40,925 nucleotides of DNA from a virus (lineage: Duplodnaviria > Heunggongvirae > Uroviricota > Caudoviricetes): the IMG/VR virus record IMGVR_UViG_2671180437_000016, positions 1 to 40,925 of that record; one strand, 5' to 3'. Below the pieces are notes generated by a model. It saw only the letters and a list, made by a program, of their open reading frames with translations. It did no database searches and was not told the DNA's origin. Both the position numbers and the translations under genes were made by a program. Below are positions 1 through 8,395 of this stretch, in pieces (the stretch's first letter is position 1; each line of letters starts with the position of its first letter).

Positions 1-1251
1 GTGCTTACCGATACAAAATTAAAGAACCTCAAGCCACAGGACAAACTGTACAAAGTTTCCGATCGTGACGGGCTGTATGTAGCTGTGCTTACGTCAGGTA
101 CGGTCTCGTTTCGCTATGACTACCGTATCAACGGTCGCCGCGAAACACTGGTAATCGGGCAGTATGGGCGTGACGGTATCAGCCTGGCAGAAGCGCGAGA
201 AGAACTGATTGCTGCAAAGAAGCTGCTTAAAGCAGGCCAGTCGCCGGCTGCGGCTAAACGTGACGGTATCAAAAAGATTCGTGGTGCCGAGACGTTTGCG
301 GTACATACCGACAGTTATATGAAACACGTCATCCTGGCTGACAGTACCCGCGCAATGAAGCAGGCGGTGATCGACCGTGACATACTTCCGGTTCTTGGCA
401 ACAAAATGATGGCTGAAATTACCACATCGATGGTTCGTGATTTGTGTGACCGGATTGTCGAACGCGGTGGTCGGGCAACAGCAGTACAGGCCAGGGAGAT
501 CATCAGCAGCGTATACCGTCACGCCAATGACCGTGGTCATGGTTTGTTTAATCCTGCGGCTGACATTAAACCTTCGTCTATCGCCATATTTAAACCACGA
601 GAGCGAACACTGACACCAGAAGAAATTGGCCTGTTCTTCCGCATGCTGGATGCCATTGGTGCTATGGGCACTATGAAAATGGCTTTAAAGCTGGTGCTTA
701 TCACTATGGTTCGTAAAGGCGAATTCACCAATGCAACGTGGGATGAAATAGATTTTAAAAAATGGACATGGACAATTCCTTCAGACCGCATGAAGGGAAG
801 CCGGGCGCACGTTATTTACCTGCCTAAACAGGCACAGGATATATTGGTTGGGTTGCAGATGTGCGCAGGTGGAAGTGAATATCTGGTTCCTGGTCGTTAC
901 AATTTCCGGAAGCCATTATCTAATGCCGCGCTGAACTCTCTGATCGACAGAACGGTGAAAATAATAAATGAAGATGGTGAGCATATTCAGGACTTCACCG
1001 TACACGATATGCGCCGTACAGCAAGTACGTTGTTGCATGAGGCTGGTTATCCTTCAGACTGGATTGAAAAGGCTCTGGCACATGAGCAGAAAGGTGTGCG
1101 CGCCGTATATAACAAAGCGGAATACGCCAGACAGCGCGCCTACATGTTGCAGCAGTGGGCCGATATGATTGATTCCTGGATTAACGGGGAGCATACGGAT
1201 CTGATTCCGTTCTCCCCGTCGAAGTTTGAGAAGTGGATGGCGGGGGAATAA
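1..1251 (+). CDS. int: Tyrosine recombinase / phage integrase (P4-type); N-terminus may be clipped by window start
   Basis: 416-aa ORF; N-terminal 'LTDTKLKNLKPQDKLYKVSDRDGLY' arm-binding-like region, C-terminal 'HDMRRTASTLLHEAGY...VRAVY' catalytic region typical of tyrosine integrases; GTG at position 1. Confidence 0.9.
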   Translation: MLTDTKLKNLKPQDKLYKVSDRDGLYVAVLTSGTVSFRYDYRINGRRETLVIGQYGRDGISLAEAREELIAAKKLLKAGQSPAAAKRDGIKKIRGAETFAVHTDSYMKHVILADSTRAMKQAVIDRDILPVLGNKMMAEITTSMVRDLCDRIVERGGRATAVQAREIISSVYRHANDRGHGLFNPAADIKPSSIAIFKPRERTLTPEEIGLFFRMLDAIGAMGTMKMALKLVLITMVRKGEFTNATWDEIDFKKWTWTIPSDRMKGSRAHVIYLPKQAQDILVGLQMCAGGSEYLVPGRYNFRKPLSNAALNSLIDRTVKIINEDGEHIQDFTVHDMRRTASTLLHEAGYPSDWIEKALAHEQKGVRAVYNKAEYARQRAYMLQQWADMIDSWINGEHTDLIPFSPSKFEKWMAGE

Positions 1252-1254
1252 CGT

Positions 1255-1449
1255 TTAATAGTTCTGCTGATTTTCTTCCATCTCTGCTTCTGCTGCCAGT
1301 GATTCAATTTTGTTTTCGAATATTGCTGACAGTGTTGCAAATTCAGCATCAGTGACAGCGGGAATTGGAACAAACCTGATCCCGCTGTGTGCAAGCATGT
1401 TTGCAGTTTCAAGGCATTTTCTTAAATCTGCTGGTGATGCCCTGTTCAT
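1255..1449 (-). CDS. Small acidic hypothetical protein (64 aa), translationally coupled to methyltransferase
   Basis: ATG at 1449-1447 overlaps methylase stop (ATGA overlap); internal start of 104-aa track ORF 1255..1569; no recognisable domain. Confidence 0.3.
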   Translation of the reverse strand: MNRASPADLRKCLETANMLAHSGIRFVPIPAVTDAEFATLSAIFENKIESLAAEAEMEENQQNY

Positions 1450-2096
1450 GCAGCACGCTCCCGCCCCTGGATGTCTGTTGGTGACAGCGGAGCATTGCTG
1501 AATGCATTTGTTAATCCGCCAATATCCAACGCGTATCCAGGGTGTAGTTGCACTGCCGGGTCTTCGCACTGATTACCCCAAACATCGAAGCCATGAGACG
1601 TCTGGCGGGCGAACAGTTCAATGCGAGAAACATCGCCTAATAATTGCACAAGTTTTTCACGAACGATATCTGGCTTTCTTGAATGCTCAAGCCGCGGTGC
1701 GGTAAATGACTGAACGATCCCTGCATTAATGCGCGTAGGTAGTTTTCCCTTTACCGCAAACAGGCAATCTTCACTATTGGCGCGAGTCATGTGTCCCATA
1801 CCCATAACCAGTTTATCTTGTTGTCGACTACCACATTTTATCCACGTGAAGCCCTTCATCGTCATCAGACGGAATCCCCAGGCTTCAACAACTTTTAGTG
1901 CTTCGAGTGGTTGTGTTGGCACCCACCACATGGCCAACAGACAGTTTTCATCGGCCAAATCCCACACAGGAAGGCGGCAGATATCCAGCACACTCATAAC
2001 CGGATATTTGAAACCGGCACCGCGATTACCATCTGCGGCTTTGTCCCGGTATACCCAGGGTGGATCTGCATAGATTAGTGTGTATTTCTTAGTCAT
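1446..2096 (-). CDS. DNA N6-adenine methyltransferase (MT-A70/Dam-like, orphan)
   Basis: Motif 'LIYADPPW' (DPPW catalytic motif) near N-terminus, 'FDVWGN' near C-terminus; start taken at MTKKY (ATG 2096) with GGGGTGG upstream; no adjacent restriction endonuclease. Confidence 0.8.
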   Translation of the reverse strand: MTKKYTLIYADPPWVYRDKAADGNRGAGFKYPVMSVLDICRLPVWDLADENCLLAMWWVPTQPLEALKVVEAWGFRLMTMKGFTWIKCGSRQQDKLVMGMGHMTRANSEDCLFAVKGKLPTRINAGIVQSFTAPRLEHSRKPDIVREKLVQLLGDVSRIELFARQTSHGFDVWGNQCEDPAVQLHPGYALDIGGLTNAFSNAPLSPTDIQGRERAA

Positions 2097-2355
2097 AAAC
2101 CACCCCACAACATCCTATGCCGCTATAGTCGCCACGGCGAAGGCCGTTACCTTTTGTGATACATTGGTCCCTGCGAACCGCGATCCTTGCACGTTCAACA
2201 TCACCAGAAGCAACATCCATACACTGAAGCCAAAGGTGGGCGGCAATGCGGAACTGCCCTTTTTTCTCTCTTTCAATCGCGCGTTTTTCGATCTCTATCG
2301 CCGCAGGAGTAACGGCAACAACCTTTGAAGGGCTGCGCATTGAAACCTTGTTCAT
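2089..2355 (-). CDS. Hypothetical early protein
   Basis: ORF in early-left operon, stop overlaps methylase start by 8 nt; start chosen at MNKVSMRSP. Confidence 0.45.
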   Translation of the reverse strand: MNKVSMRSPSKVVAVTPAAIEIEKRAIEREKKGQFRIAAHLWLQCMDVASGDVERARIAVRRDQCITKGNGLRRGDYSGIGCCGVVYD

Positions 2356-2497
2356 GTGATATTTTTCAAGTCGGCTTAACTTTCTCACTTAATCCAACCC
2401 TCTCTGAAAATTAATGCCAGCAGATAAAGCCATGCTGAAACAGAGGCCAGGAATAAGTACCATCCTGACCATTTGCTCCAGTGCCTTAGCAGCACAC

Positions 2498-2746
2498 TCA
2501 TGCCGCGTTGCTCACAGGACGATATACACGTTGCTGAACAGGAGGCTTTTTACCCTGGAACTCTGCCGGGCTTGCTGCCTGACGTTCATCAAGCCAACGC
2601 TCAACTTCATCACGGTTCCATGCGCAGCGTTTATCGGTGATATACCAGCGTTTAGGAAATTCCCCTGCGCGCTCCATACGGTCGATAGTGCTCCATGACA
2701 GTGGCACCACCGCCAGGAGTTCTTTCTTACCTAATGCACCTTTCAT
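2498..2746 (-). CDS. AlpA-family transcriptional regulator / excisionase-like protein
   Basis: 82 aa; 'WSTIDRMERAGEFPKRWYITDKRCAWNRDEVERWLDER' resembles AlpA/Xis-type winged-helix proteins that accompany P4-type integrases. Confidence 0.7.
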   Translation of the reverse strand: MKGALGKKELLAVVPLSWSTIDRMERAGEFPKRWYITDKRCAWNRDEVERWLDERQAASPAEFQGKKPPVQQRVYRPVSNAA

Positions 2747-2795
2747 GAATACCTCTCTTGGTTGCAGTGCGGCGCACGTGGCGCCGCGGTGGTGG

Positions 2796-3818
2796 TTACT
2801 CGAATTCTGGACGCATATCGTTAAGCGTCATCATGAATTTTTGGTGATATTCATCACCGAGCTTTTCAGCCATGGTGTTAATTTCATTTTCAGCGCGCTT
2901 GAACATCGTTTTTGCATCTTCAGCAGATGGATCCAGGCTATTAAGTATCGCGATGATATATTCTCGAGCTTCTTCTCGTTCTGAATCTGAAATTGGCGAC
3001 AGGTGTTGACGCTCATCGTCAACTACGGAATATTCACCAGTGATAACAGCTGCGTTATCTTGGCTAAGTCCAGCTTCAGCGCGCTCATCCATAACAACAG
3101 CCTTCTGCATTTCAATAGAAACAGGAAGATATTTGAACAGTCGGCGAATTACTGTTTTTTTAGCCATCTCATCGAAGTGATCAACCCATGGGCCACTGCT
3201 ACCGGCTTTGCTCAGTGCACGAACTTTCTCAACGTCTGCCCGGCTCATAACTTCAAATTGGACTCCGCCATCTTTCAGTCGTGCAACGGCGTAAACGTGC
3301 GTTAATTCTCCGCGGTCACCTGTTTCGCAAGGTAAATGCTCGAGCGTTTCTTCCAGGCCGTATGAGTAGCTGAATTTGTCGTTTGTATGTACGGTACGAG
3401 CCGAGATACTCAGGATCTGCCCAGAGCGGCGGGCAAGGTCAATCATTCCGCGATAGCCGATAATCAGCTGTGCTTCTGTAGATACGGTTTCCCATCTTCC
3501 ATTTACTTTCTGGCGTTTGTCGAACGGTATCAGGTAAGCGTGTCCAAGAGCTCCGCCTGGTTCAAGACCCAATTGGGCACATTGCATAATTGCCCCCAGG
3601 AAGCTGGCTTGGTCGCATGATGCAAGTTTTGGAACCTTTCTGATCTCTGTGGTTGCTATGCGCGCCAGACGGTCTGCTGTCATGTGCTTTGGAAGTGCCA
3701 AAGCCATCTGAGCTTTAATTTTTGGGTCTGCCAGAAGTCCGGCCAGAGTTGTTGGTTTCTCATTATGATGTGCAACTTGGTTACCGGTAGCCGCTGCCTT
3801 AAGTGCATTGATAGACAT
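2796..3818 (-). CDS. recT: RecT-family ssDNA annealing recombinase
   Basis: 340 aa; RecT-like central region 'AYLIPFDKRQKVNGRWETVSTEAQLIIGYRGMIDLARRSG'; immediately downstream of exonuclease gene as in RecET/YqaJ-RecT pairs. Confidence 0.85.
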   Translation of the reverse strand: MSINALKAAATGNQVAHHNEKPTTLAGLLADPKIKAQMALALPKHMTADRLARIATTEIRKVPKLASCDQASFLGAIMQCAQLGLEPGGALGHAYLIPFDKRQKVNGRWETVSTEAQLIIGYRGMIDLARRSGQILSISARTVHTNDKFSYSYGLEETLEHLPCETGDRGELTHVYAVARLKDGGVQFEVMSRADVEKVRALSKAGSSGPWVDHFDEMAKKTVIRRLFKYLPVSIEMQKAVVMDERAEAGLSQDNAAVITGEYSVVDDERQHLSPISDSEREEAREYIIAILNSLDPSAEDAKTMFKRAENEINTMAEKLGDEYHQKFMMTLNDMRPEFE

Positions 3819-3827
3819 TTTTTCTCC

Positions 3828-4727
3828 TTACTTCATTCTGAAGACGCGTTGTGTCGTTGTTGTTTTGAATTTTTCGAATAACTCAGGGTGTACTGACTGG
3901 AATAGCTTCTGGTCGAATCTGTTGCTGATCTGAGATTTCCATGTGCAGAGCGGCTTTCCGTCCAGGGTCAGGACTGAGTGCTCTTGCATGTACATCTTCA
4001 GCTTCTCTTCTGATATAGCTATTTCTTCTTCCAGTGATTTTCTGCGTGATTTCATGTCTCGTAGATCGTTGAATAGTGCGAGTGCCTTTCCGTCAGCCTC
4101 GATACTTGTCCCGGCATCTTTCTCAAACATCAGCGATACATCGCTTACGCTGGTAGCTTCCGGCGGGTTAAGATTTTTCACTCGGTCCCAGAAAGCGATT
4201 TCTTTTTCTAAGATCGCCTGGATAGTTTCTTCATCACGCTCAACCCGATAGATTCGGAAGTCGTCGCCACCGATAAGCACACCGAAAACGCATACCTGTT
4301 TGTTTGTAACCATCAACCCGTGCATGGCCTGGGCCGTGTAATGCACAGGAATTGCATCTGTCTGGATTTCTCCCCATTCTTTGGCTTTGAACGGACTAAC
4401 TGTTTTGATCTCAATGTTCTCGCCTGACGCTGCTTCTGCATCGATCTCAGCTGCAATAAAATCGTAATCACGGTGGATATAGCGGTTTCCGCGATGAACG
4501 ATTTCCATCCCTGTTTCCTCAGAAAGCAGGTCTATTACGTATGGCTCCATACGCTGGCCACGCGTGAAAACTTTCTGCTTGCTTGGGTCTACTGGTTTGA
4601 CACGTGGCTGGACCTTATCCAGATAAACCTCAAGCGGGGTGCGCCATGGGCTAATTCCAAGAATCCCTGCAACATCGCTTCCTCCGATGTATTTTGTTCT
4701 ATCCATGATTCCAGCGTTCCGCATCAT
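3828..4727 (-). CDS. YqaJ-like viral recombinase exonuclease (PD-(D/E)xK, lambda Exo-like)
   Basis: 299 aa; N-terminal 'RTKYIGGSDVAGILGISPWRTPLEVY' is the YqaJ signature; partner of RecT. Confidence 0.85.
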   Translation of the reverse strand: MMRNAGIMDRTKYIGGSDVAGILGISPWRTPLEVYLDKVQPRVKPVDPSKQKVFTRGQRMEPYVIDLLSEETGMEIVHRGNRYIHRDYDFIAAEIDAEAASGENIEIKTVSPFKAKEWGEIQTDAIPVHYTAQAMHGLMVTNKQVCVFGVLIGGDDFRIYRVERDEETIQAILEKEIAFWDRVKNLNPPEATSVSDVSLMFEKDAGTSIEADGKALALFNDLRDMKSRRKSLEEEIAISEEKLKMYMQEHSVLTLDGKPLCTWKSQISNRFDQKLFQSVHPELFEKFKTTTTQRVFRMK

Positions 4728-5038
4728 GCCGCGTCCCTCTGCCCATCAAGCTGATCCGCCAGATCCCAGCGCGCTATAATTGCCATTGCCTCGCGCCGGT
4801 AGGCATCCATCAGTTCTTCGAACTCAGGGCTGTCTTTAGCAGCCTCCAGCACTTCCTGACGAACGCCTTTGCCTGTTACAACGTCGAAAGTTGAGGACAG
4901 TTGATGAAGTCGGATGCTCTCAATCAGTTCAACTTGTCGGTCATATAGCTGTTCTGACAGGCGGTAGTCCTTGTCGAATGCCAGCATGATTTTTTGAAGA
5001 TTTTTCTGCTGATTAACGTTCATTATCAGCCCTCCCAT
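4724..5038 (-). CDS. Hypothetical early protein
   Basis: 104-aa ORF overlapping exonuclease start (ATGA-type overlap); no recognisable domain. Confidence 0.5.
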   Translation of the reverse strand: MGGLIMNVNQQKNLQKIMLAFDKDYRLSEQLYDRQVELIESIRLHQLSSTFDVVTGKGVRQEVLEAAKDSPEFEELMDAYRREAMAIIARWDLADQLDGQRDAA

Positions 5039-5178
5039 ATCTCGTTATCGTTGGCTACATCGCGAGCTTCTTTGCTGACGAAAGCCCACTTAATGCCTTC
5101 CTGTAAGGTGCGGAACTTCCAGCTCATGAATCCGCATGCAGTAACGCAGTACCAACCGTTGATGATTTTCCACTGCAT
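5026..5178 (-). CDS. Small hypothetical protein (50 aa), first gene of early-left operon
   Basis: ATG at 5178, stop overlaps next gene start; below ORF-track size cutoff; lies directly downstream of operator-bearing promoter region. Confidence 0.3.
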   Translation of the reverse strand: MQWKIINGWYCVTACGFMSWKFRTLQEGIKWAFVSKEARDVANDNEIWEG

Positions 5179-5210
5179 AACTTGTTACCTCGGTCTGTTA
5201 CCTCAGTCTG

Positions 5211-5225
5211 TTACCGTTGAGGTAA
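5211..5225. promoter_or_regulatory. Operator-like palindrome TTACC-GTTGA-GGTAA (OL-type site)
   Basis: Perfect TTACC-N5-GGTAA inverted repeat between repressor 3' end and early-left operon; preceded by tandem 13-bp repeats GTTACCTC(G/A)GTCT at 5184-5209. Confidence 0.6.
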
Positions 5226-5272
5226 TAATTATGCTTATTTGGTTTGGTGTCAATAGATATGAGTTAAAAAAA

Positions 5273-5287
5273 TTACCCGTAAGGTAA
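5273..5287. promoter_or_regulatory. Operator-like palindrome TTACC-CGTAA-GGTAA
   Basis: Perfect TTACC-N5-GGTAA; identical 15-mer recurs at 33500-33514. Confidence 0.6.
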
Positions 5288-5299
5288 TCTATCTGGCAA

Positions 5300-5322
5300 T
5301 AAAAAAGCCGCCATGAGGCGGC
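5300..5322 (-). terminator. Rho-independent terminator after repressor gene
   Basis: Stem GCCGCC/GGCGGC with ATGA loop; run of A on plus strand (U-run on minus) immediately 3' of repressor stop. Confidence 0.6.
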
Positions 5323-5344
5323 TTACTTACTGAAAAATATAGTT

Positions 5345-5929
5345 TTATTGTTTGCTTTTTTCGTTCTGGTTGATGACAAATTCAATGTAACTTTCGATCT
5401 TTGCTTTCTCGGTTTCGGGTAACAATGCGTAGCGCGAGCGGTCATAGTTGATAGTCGCAGGGTCGTGCGGGTGAATCAGTAATTCATAGCCGTGACGCCC
5501 GAATGCGGATGCAACATTCTCCAGGGTGGAAATGGAAACGCTGACCTCATTGTTTAACAGGCGACTGATTGTCACCTGGGCGACGCCGGATGCGCGGTGA
5601 AGTTTTCCCTGCGTTGAAAGGTCGCGGCTTTCGCTCATCCAGCGTTCCAGGTTGTGAGCCGCCAGCTGACCAATGTCGCTTGGGCCGACAGGCTGAAAAC
5701 CTTCCTGAGAAAGCGAGCGATCGATATCAAGCCAGTTACGGGGTTTATTGGCGGCAGCTTCAATTTTTCGCGCAACCTGGTCGCCGATAACCTTCTTGCC
5801 AAGAGCCCAGCGGTTTACCAGATTTGCCTGAGTTCCAAGTTTTTCTGCCATCCGCGTCTGAACACCATTGAATTCACGGTCGATCAAGTCGTTGAGATTT
5901 TGCCTGCGGACGTCCTGGATACTTTTCAT
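5345..5929 (-). CDS. Prophage repressor (CI-like, two HTH regions, no recognisable S24 autocleavage domain)
   Basis: 194 aa, divergent from Cro-like gene across an operator-rich spacer; HTH-like segments 'MAEKLGTQANLVNRWALGKK' and 'ASGVAQVTISRLLNNEVSVSISTLENVA'; no Ala-Gly/Ser...Lys peptidase motif seen. Confidence 0.7.
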   Translation of the reverse strand: MKSIQDVRRQNLNDLIDREFNGVQTRMAEKLGTQANLVNRWALGKKVIGDQVARKIEAAANKPRNWLDIDRSLSQEGFQPVGPSDIGQLAAHNLERWMSESRDLSTQGKLHRASGVAQVTISRLLNNEVSVSISTLENVASAFGRHGYELLIHPHDPATINYDRSRYALLPETEKAKIESYIEFVINQNEKSKQ

Positions 5930-5984
5930 TTTCTGGAAAATCGCCTCATATATGAATCAGTAGATGATTCAATTTAAAGCAATA

Positions 5985-6047
5985 TTACCCAACAGGTAAA
6001 TGCACCTCATAGGTAACTATCCTTGATTTTTGTTACCTTATGGGTGA
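5985..6047. promoter_or_regulatory. Immunity-region operator cluster (three TTACC-N5-GGTAA-type sites) with divergent promoters
   Basis: Sites at 5985-5999 (TTACCCAACAGGTAA), 6002-6016 (GCACCTCATAGGTAA), 6033-6047 (TTACCTTATGGGTGA) between repressor start (5929) and Cro-like start (6084). Confidence 0.65.
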
Positions 6048-6083
6048 ATATTTATTATCTGAAATAAATATCAGGCAATAGCT

Positions 6084-6314
6084 ATGAGCGATAACGGACA
6101 TTTCGATTTCAAAAAGCACTGGCTTGCACTTACTCCGGATGAGCGTGAAGCCTTCGCACAGGAAGCCGGAACGACGAGTCACTATATCCAGACTCACTTA
6201 ACAGGTAAGCGCAAGATGCCAGGTAAGGTATTGATGAATGGGCTTTTTAAAGCCTGTAAAACAAGACAATGGCTGCGCTCAAAAGCAGAACTGGCATACT
6301 TCTTCTACTCATGA
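6084..6314 (+). CDS. Cro-like HTH regulator
   Basis: 76 aa, divergent from repressor; 'EAFAQEAGTTSHYIQTHLTGKRKMPGKVL' resembles Cro/YdaS-type HTH. Confidence 0.65.
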   Translation: MSDNGHFDFKKHWLALTPDEREAFAQEAGTTSHYIQTHLTGKRKMPGKVLMNGLFKACKTRQWLRSKAELAYFFYS

Positions 6315-6336
6315 TATCCAGCTACAACCCTCTGTA

Positions 6337-6358
6337 GACCGCCACCCGGCGGTCTTTT
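6337..6358 (+). terminator. Rho-independent terminator after Cro-like gene
   Basis: Stem GACCGCC/GGCGGTC, loop ACCC, followed by TTTT. Confidence 0.6.
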
Positions 6359-6369
6359 CATATCTATTC

Positions 6370-6384
6370 GTACCTCAAAGGTAA
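6370..6384. promoter_or_regulatory. Operator-like palindrome GTACC-TCAAA-GGTAA
   Basis: One-mismatch member of the TTACC-N5-GGTAA family, followed by AACC-N6-GGTT inverted repeat and T-run (6390-6413). Confidence 0.5.
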
Positions 6385-6464
6385 TAAAAAACCAAATCTG
6401 GTTGATCTTTTTTTTGTGTCAGCACAAAATAACCGTAATCCCAATACTAATGACAGGGCTTACC

Positions 6465-6665
6465 ATGGAAATCATTACACGTATTGATGCCGCAAAGCGC
6501 GGACTTAAACGCTACTACACCGGAAAAACATGTAAGCACGGACATGACAGTGAACGCTGGGTTTACAACGGACACTGTGTTGAGTGCACCATGGAATCAA
6601 ACCGTCGCATCAGGGCAGAGATTAAGCAGATCATGATTAATTCCTCCCCACAACATTCAAGCTGA
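6465..6665 (+). CDS. Small Cys/His-rich (zinc-finger-like) protein in the cII position
   Basis: 66 aa from internal ATG of track ORF 6402..6665; 'CKHGHDSERWVYNGHCVEC'; function not recognisable. Confidence 0.4.
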   Translation: MEIITRIDAAKRGLKRYYTGKTCKHGHDSERWVYNGHCVECTMESNRRIRAEIKQIMINSSPQHSS

Positions 6666-6680
6666 TAGCGGAGATTAATC

Positions 6681-7496
6681 ATGAGCAGACATGCAACAGA
6701 TTGGGCCTGGGAGACAGATCCAGGTAGCTCGTCATTAAAGCTCATACTGCTCTCGATGGCTGACAGAGCCGATGAATATAACCTCTGCTACCCCAGCATA
6801 GAACGCCTCGTTAAAGACACTTGCCTGAATAAAAAAACCGTACAGGCCGGGCTTATATCGCTCATGAAAATGGGGCTTATTTCAGATACCGGAGAGAGAA
6901 AGGGTGCGACGAAAAGAGTGCGGGTTTTCTCTCTTAATATAACCAAAAACGGGAACATTAAAGGCAACCAGGAAGGGGAGAATGAACCCGAAAACGGTAA
7001 TGTTCCCGAAAACGGGAATATACCCAAAAACGGGATGTTGAATGATCCCAAAAACGGGATGTTGAATGATCCCAAAAACGGGATCCAGAACCAGTCATAT
7101 AACCAGTCATTTAACCAAGAGAGGGAGAGCAGGACAAAAACCGGGGATTCTGTGCCTCATGACCCCGGCGCAAACAACGCCGTGATGAATAACTTTGTTC
7201 CTCATGGTGGGCCAGGGCAATTAGGCAAATTTGTCATGCATGAACAATGGCAGCCATCAGATGACTTTCTTCGGAAAAGCTCATTGCAGGGAATCTACCT
7301 GGACAGTCTGCCAACGGCACAGGAACTTGCAGAGTTCAGAATTTACTGGATGGCTGAGGGTAAGGCATACCATCAGGCACAGTGGGAGCAGAAGCTGGCA
7401 AGGAGGCTGCAGATTAGCAGACAGAAGCAATCAACATTACCTGATAACAACGTTCCGCACTGGAACAGTCCTGAAGCATGGGAGGATTTCTTGTGA
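6681..7496 (+). CDS. Replication initiator (lambda O-like, N-terminal winged-helix) containing internal iterons
   Basis: 271 aa; N-terminal 'LKLILLSMADRADEYNLCYPSIERLVKDTCLNKKTVQAGLISLMKMGLIS'; repetitive 'ENGNVPENGNIPKNGMLNDPKNGMLNDPKNG' encoded by DNA direct repeats. Confidence 0.75.
   Translation: MSRHATDWAWETDPGSSSLKLILLSMADRADEYNLCYPSIERLVKDTCLNKKTVQAGLISLMKMGLISDTGERKGATKRVRVFSLNITKNGNIKGNQEGENEPENGNVPENGNIPKNGMLNDPKNGMLNDPKNGIQNQSYNQSFNQERESRTKTGDSVPHDPGANNAVMNNFVPHGGPGQLGKFVMHEQWQPSDDFLRKSSLQGIYLDSLPTAQELAEFRIYWMAEGKAYHQAQWEQKLARRLQISRQKQSTLPDNNVPHWNSPEAWEDFL
6987..7082. repeat. Iteron-like direct repeats (putative phage origin of replication) inside initiator gene
   Basis: Five copies of CCC(G/A)AAAACGG(G/T) starting at 6987, 7005, 7023, 7047, 7071; 24-bp unit CCCAAAAACGGGATGTTGAATGAT exactly duplicated; followed by AACCAGTCAT x2 (7089-7110). 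Confidence 0.65.
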
Positions 7497-8278
7497 ACAA
7501 CGTTTTTACCGCGATACAAAACCGTGACGGAGAAGCCCTTTCTCGCATGTCAGGTTATGAGCATCAGTACACCAACAATGACAACGTGGTGAACATGTCA
7601 GCAGAGAGGCTTGTTGATGCCCTTTTCAAACAGCTGAAACAACTGTTTCCGGCGGCAGTGGTAACCAACCTGAAGACGCCAGAGCAGGAAGTTGCTGCAA
7701 AACAGCAGTGGATTGCTGCGTTTGCCGAAGGGGGGATCCGAACCCGTGAACAGGTTTCTGCTGGTATGCGCCACGCCCGCGCCAGTGAATCTCCGTTCTG
7801 GCCGTCGCCAGGACAATTTATCAAGTGGTGCAAAGACAGCAAGATGGTTCTTGGCGTCACCATTGACGATGTGATGGCGGAGTTTCACCGGTACAGCAAG
7901 GAAAAAAGTTTATATCCTGGTGGTCCCGAAAGATTCCCGTGGCGACATCCGGTTATGTACTGGGTCGTATGTGATACCCGCCGTGCAATGTATCAGCGCC
8001 AGCTTAGCGAGATTGAGGTTGAGAAACACGCGCGCAGGCTGCTCGATGATTGGGCGAAAAAGGTGGCTTCCGGACAGCAGATACCCGATCCGGTGATCAG
8101 CATACAGGCAAAGCCAGAGCCCATGAGTACACCTCCGGACACAGGGAGAGACGTTTACCATCCACCAGGGCGAAGTTTCGGGTGCATGCCTAACGCCGCC
8201 ACCCTTGGGGGAATAACACCGGCGCAGTGGCTGATGGAGGAATACAGGCGGGGAAAGGCGGCAGGATTTATCAAGTAA
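7493..8278 (+). CDS. Replication protein P-like (helicase loader)
   Basis: Follows initiator gene; start taken at GTG 7493 (GGAGGA SD 6 nt upstream, GTGA overlap with initiator stop; ATG 7478 is the alternative); 'FWPSPGQFIKWC' segment reminiscent of lambda P family. Confidence 0.65.
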   Translation: MNNVFTAIQNRDGEALSRMSGYEHQYTNNDNVVNMSAERLVDALFKQLKQLFPAAVVTNLKTPEQEVAAKQQWIAAFAEGGIRTREQVSAGMRHARASESPFWPSPGQFIKWCKDSKMVLGVTIDDVMAEFHRYSKEKSLYPGGPERFPWRHPVMYWVVCDTRRAMYQRQLSEIEVEKHARRLLDDWAKKVASGQQIPDPVISIQAKPEPMSTPPDTGRDVYHPPGRSFGCMPNAATLGGITPAQWLMEEYRRGKAAGFIK

Positions 8279-8315
8279 TACCAGCGCGATAGCGCATTTT
8301 TTTACGCCTCGATAA

Positions 8316-8330
8316 TTACCTGACAGGTAA
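8316..8330. promoter_or_regulatory. Operator-like palindrome TTACC-TGACA-GGTAA
   Basis: Perfect TTACC-N5-GGTAA in spacer upstream of DUF1064 gene. Confidence 0.55.
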
Positions 8331-8377
8331 TAAAATATTCTAAAATCTATTGATTTCGTGTCTTATGTGGTTTTTAA

Positions 8378-8392
8378 TTACCTCAGAGGTAA
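8378..8392. promoter_or_regulatory. Operator-like palindrome TTACC-TCAGA-GGTAA overlapping ribosome-binding region
   Basis: Perfect site ending 4 nt before ATG at 8396. Confidence 0.55.
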
Positions 8393-8395
8393 ATC

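Noticed and set aside
94-540. 148-aa and 62-aa minus-strand ORFs inside the integrase gene
   Set aside because: Fully antisense to a well-supported integrase ORF; no SD and no recognisable motif; treated as shadow ORFs.
1255-1569. Full-length 104-aa minus-strand ORF overlapping the methyltransferase C-terminus
   Set aside because: Its 5' part overlaps the methylase coding region in another frame; only the 3' part from the ATG at 1449, coupled to the methylase stop, was kept, at low confidence.
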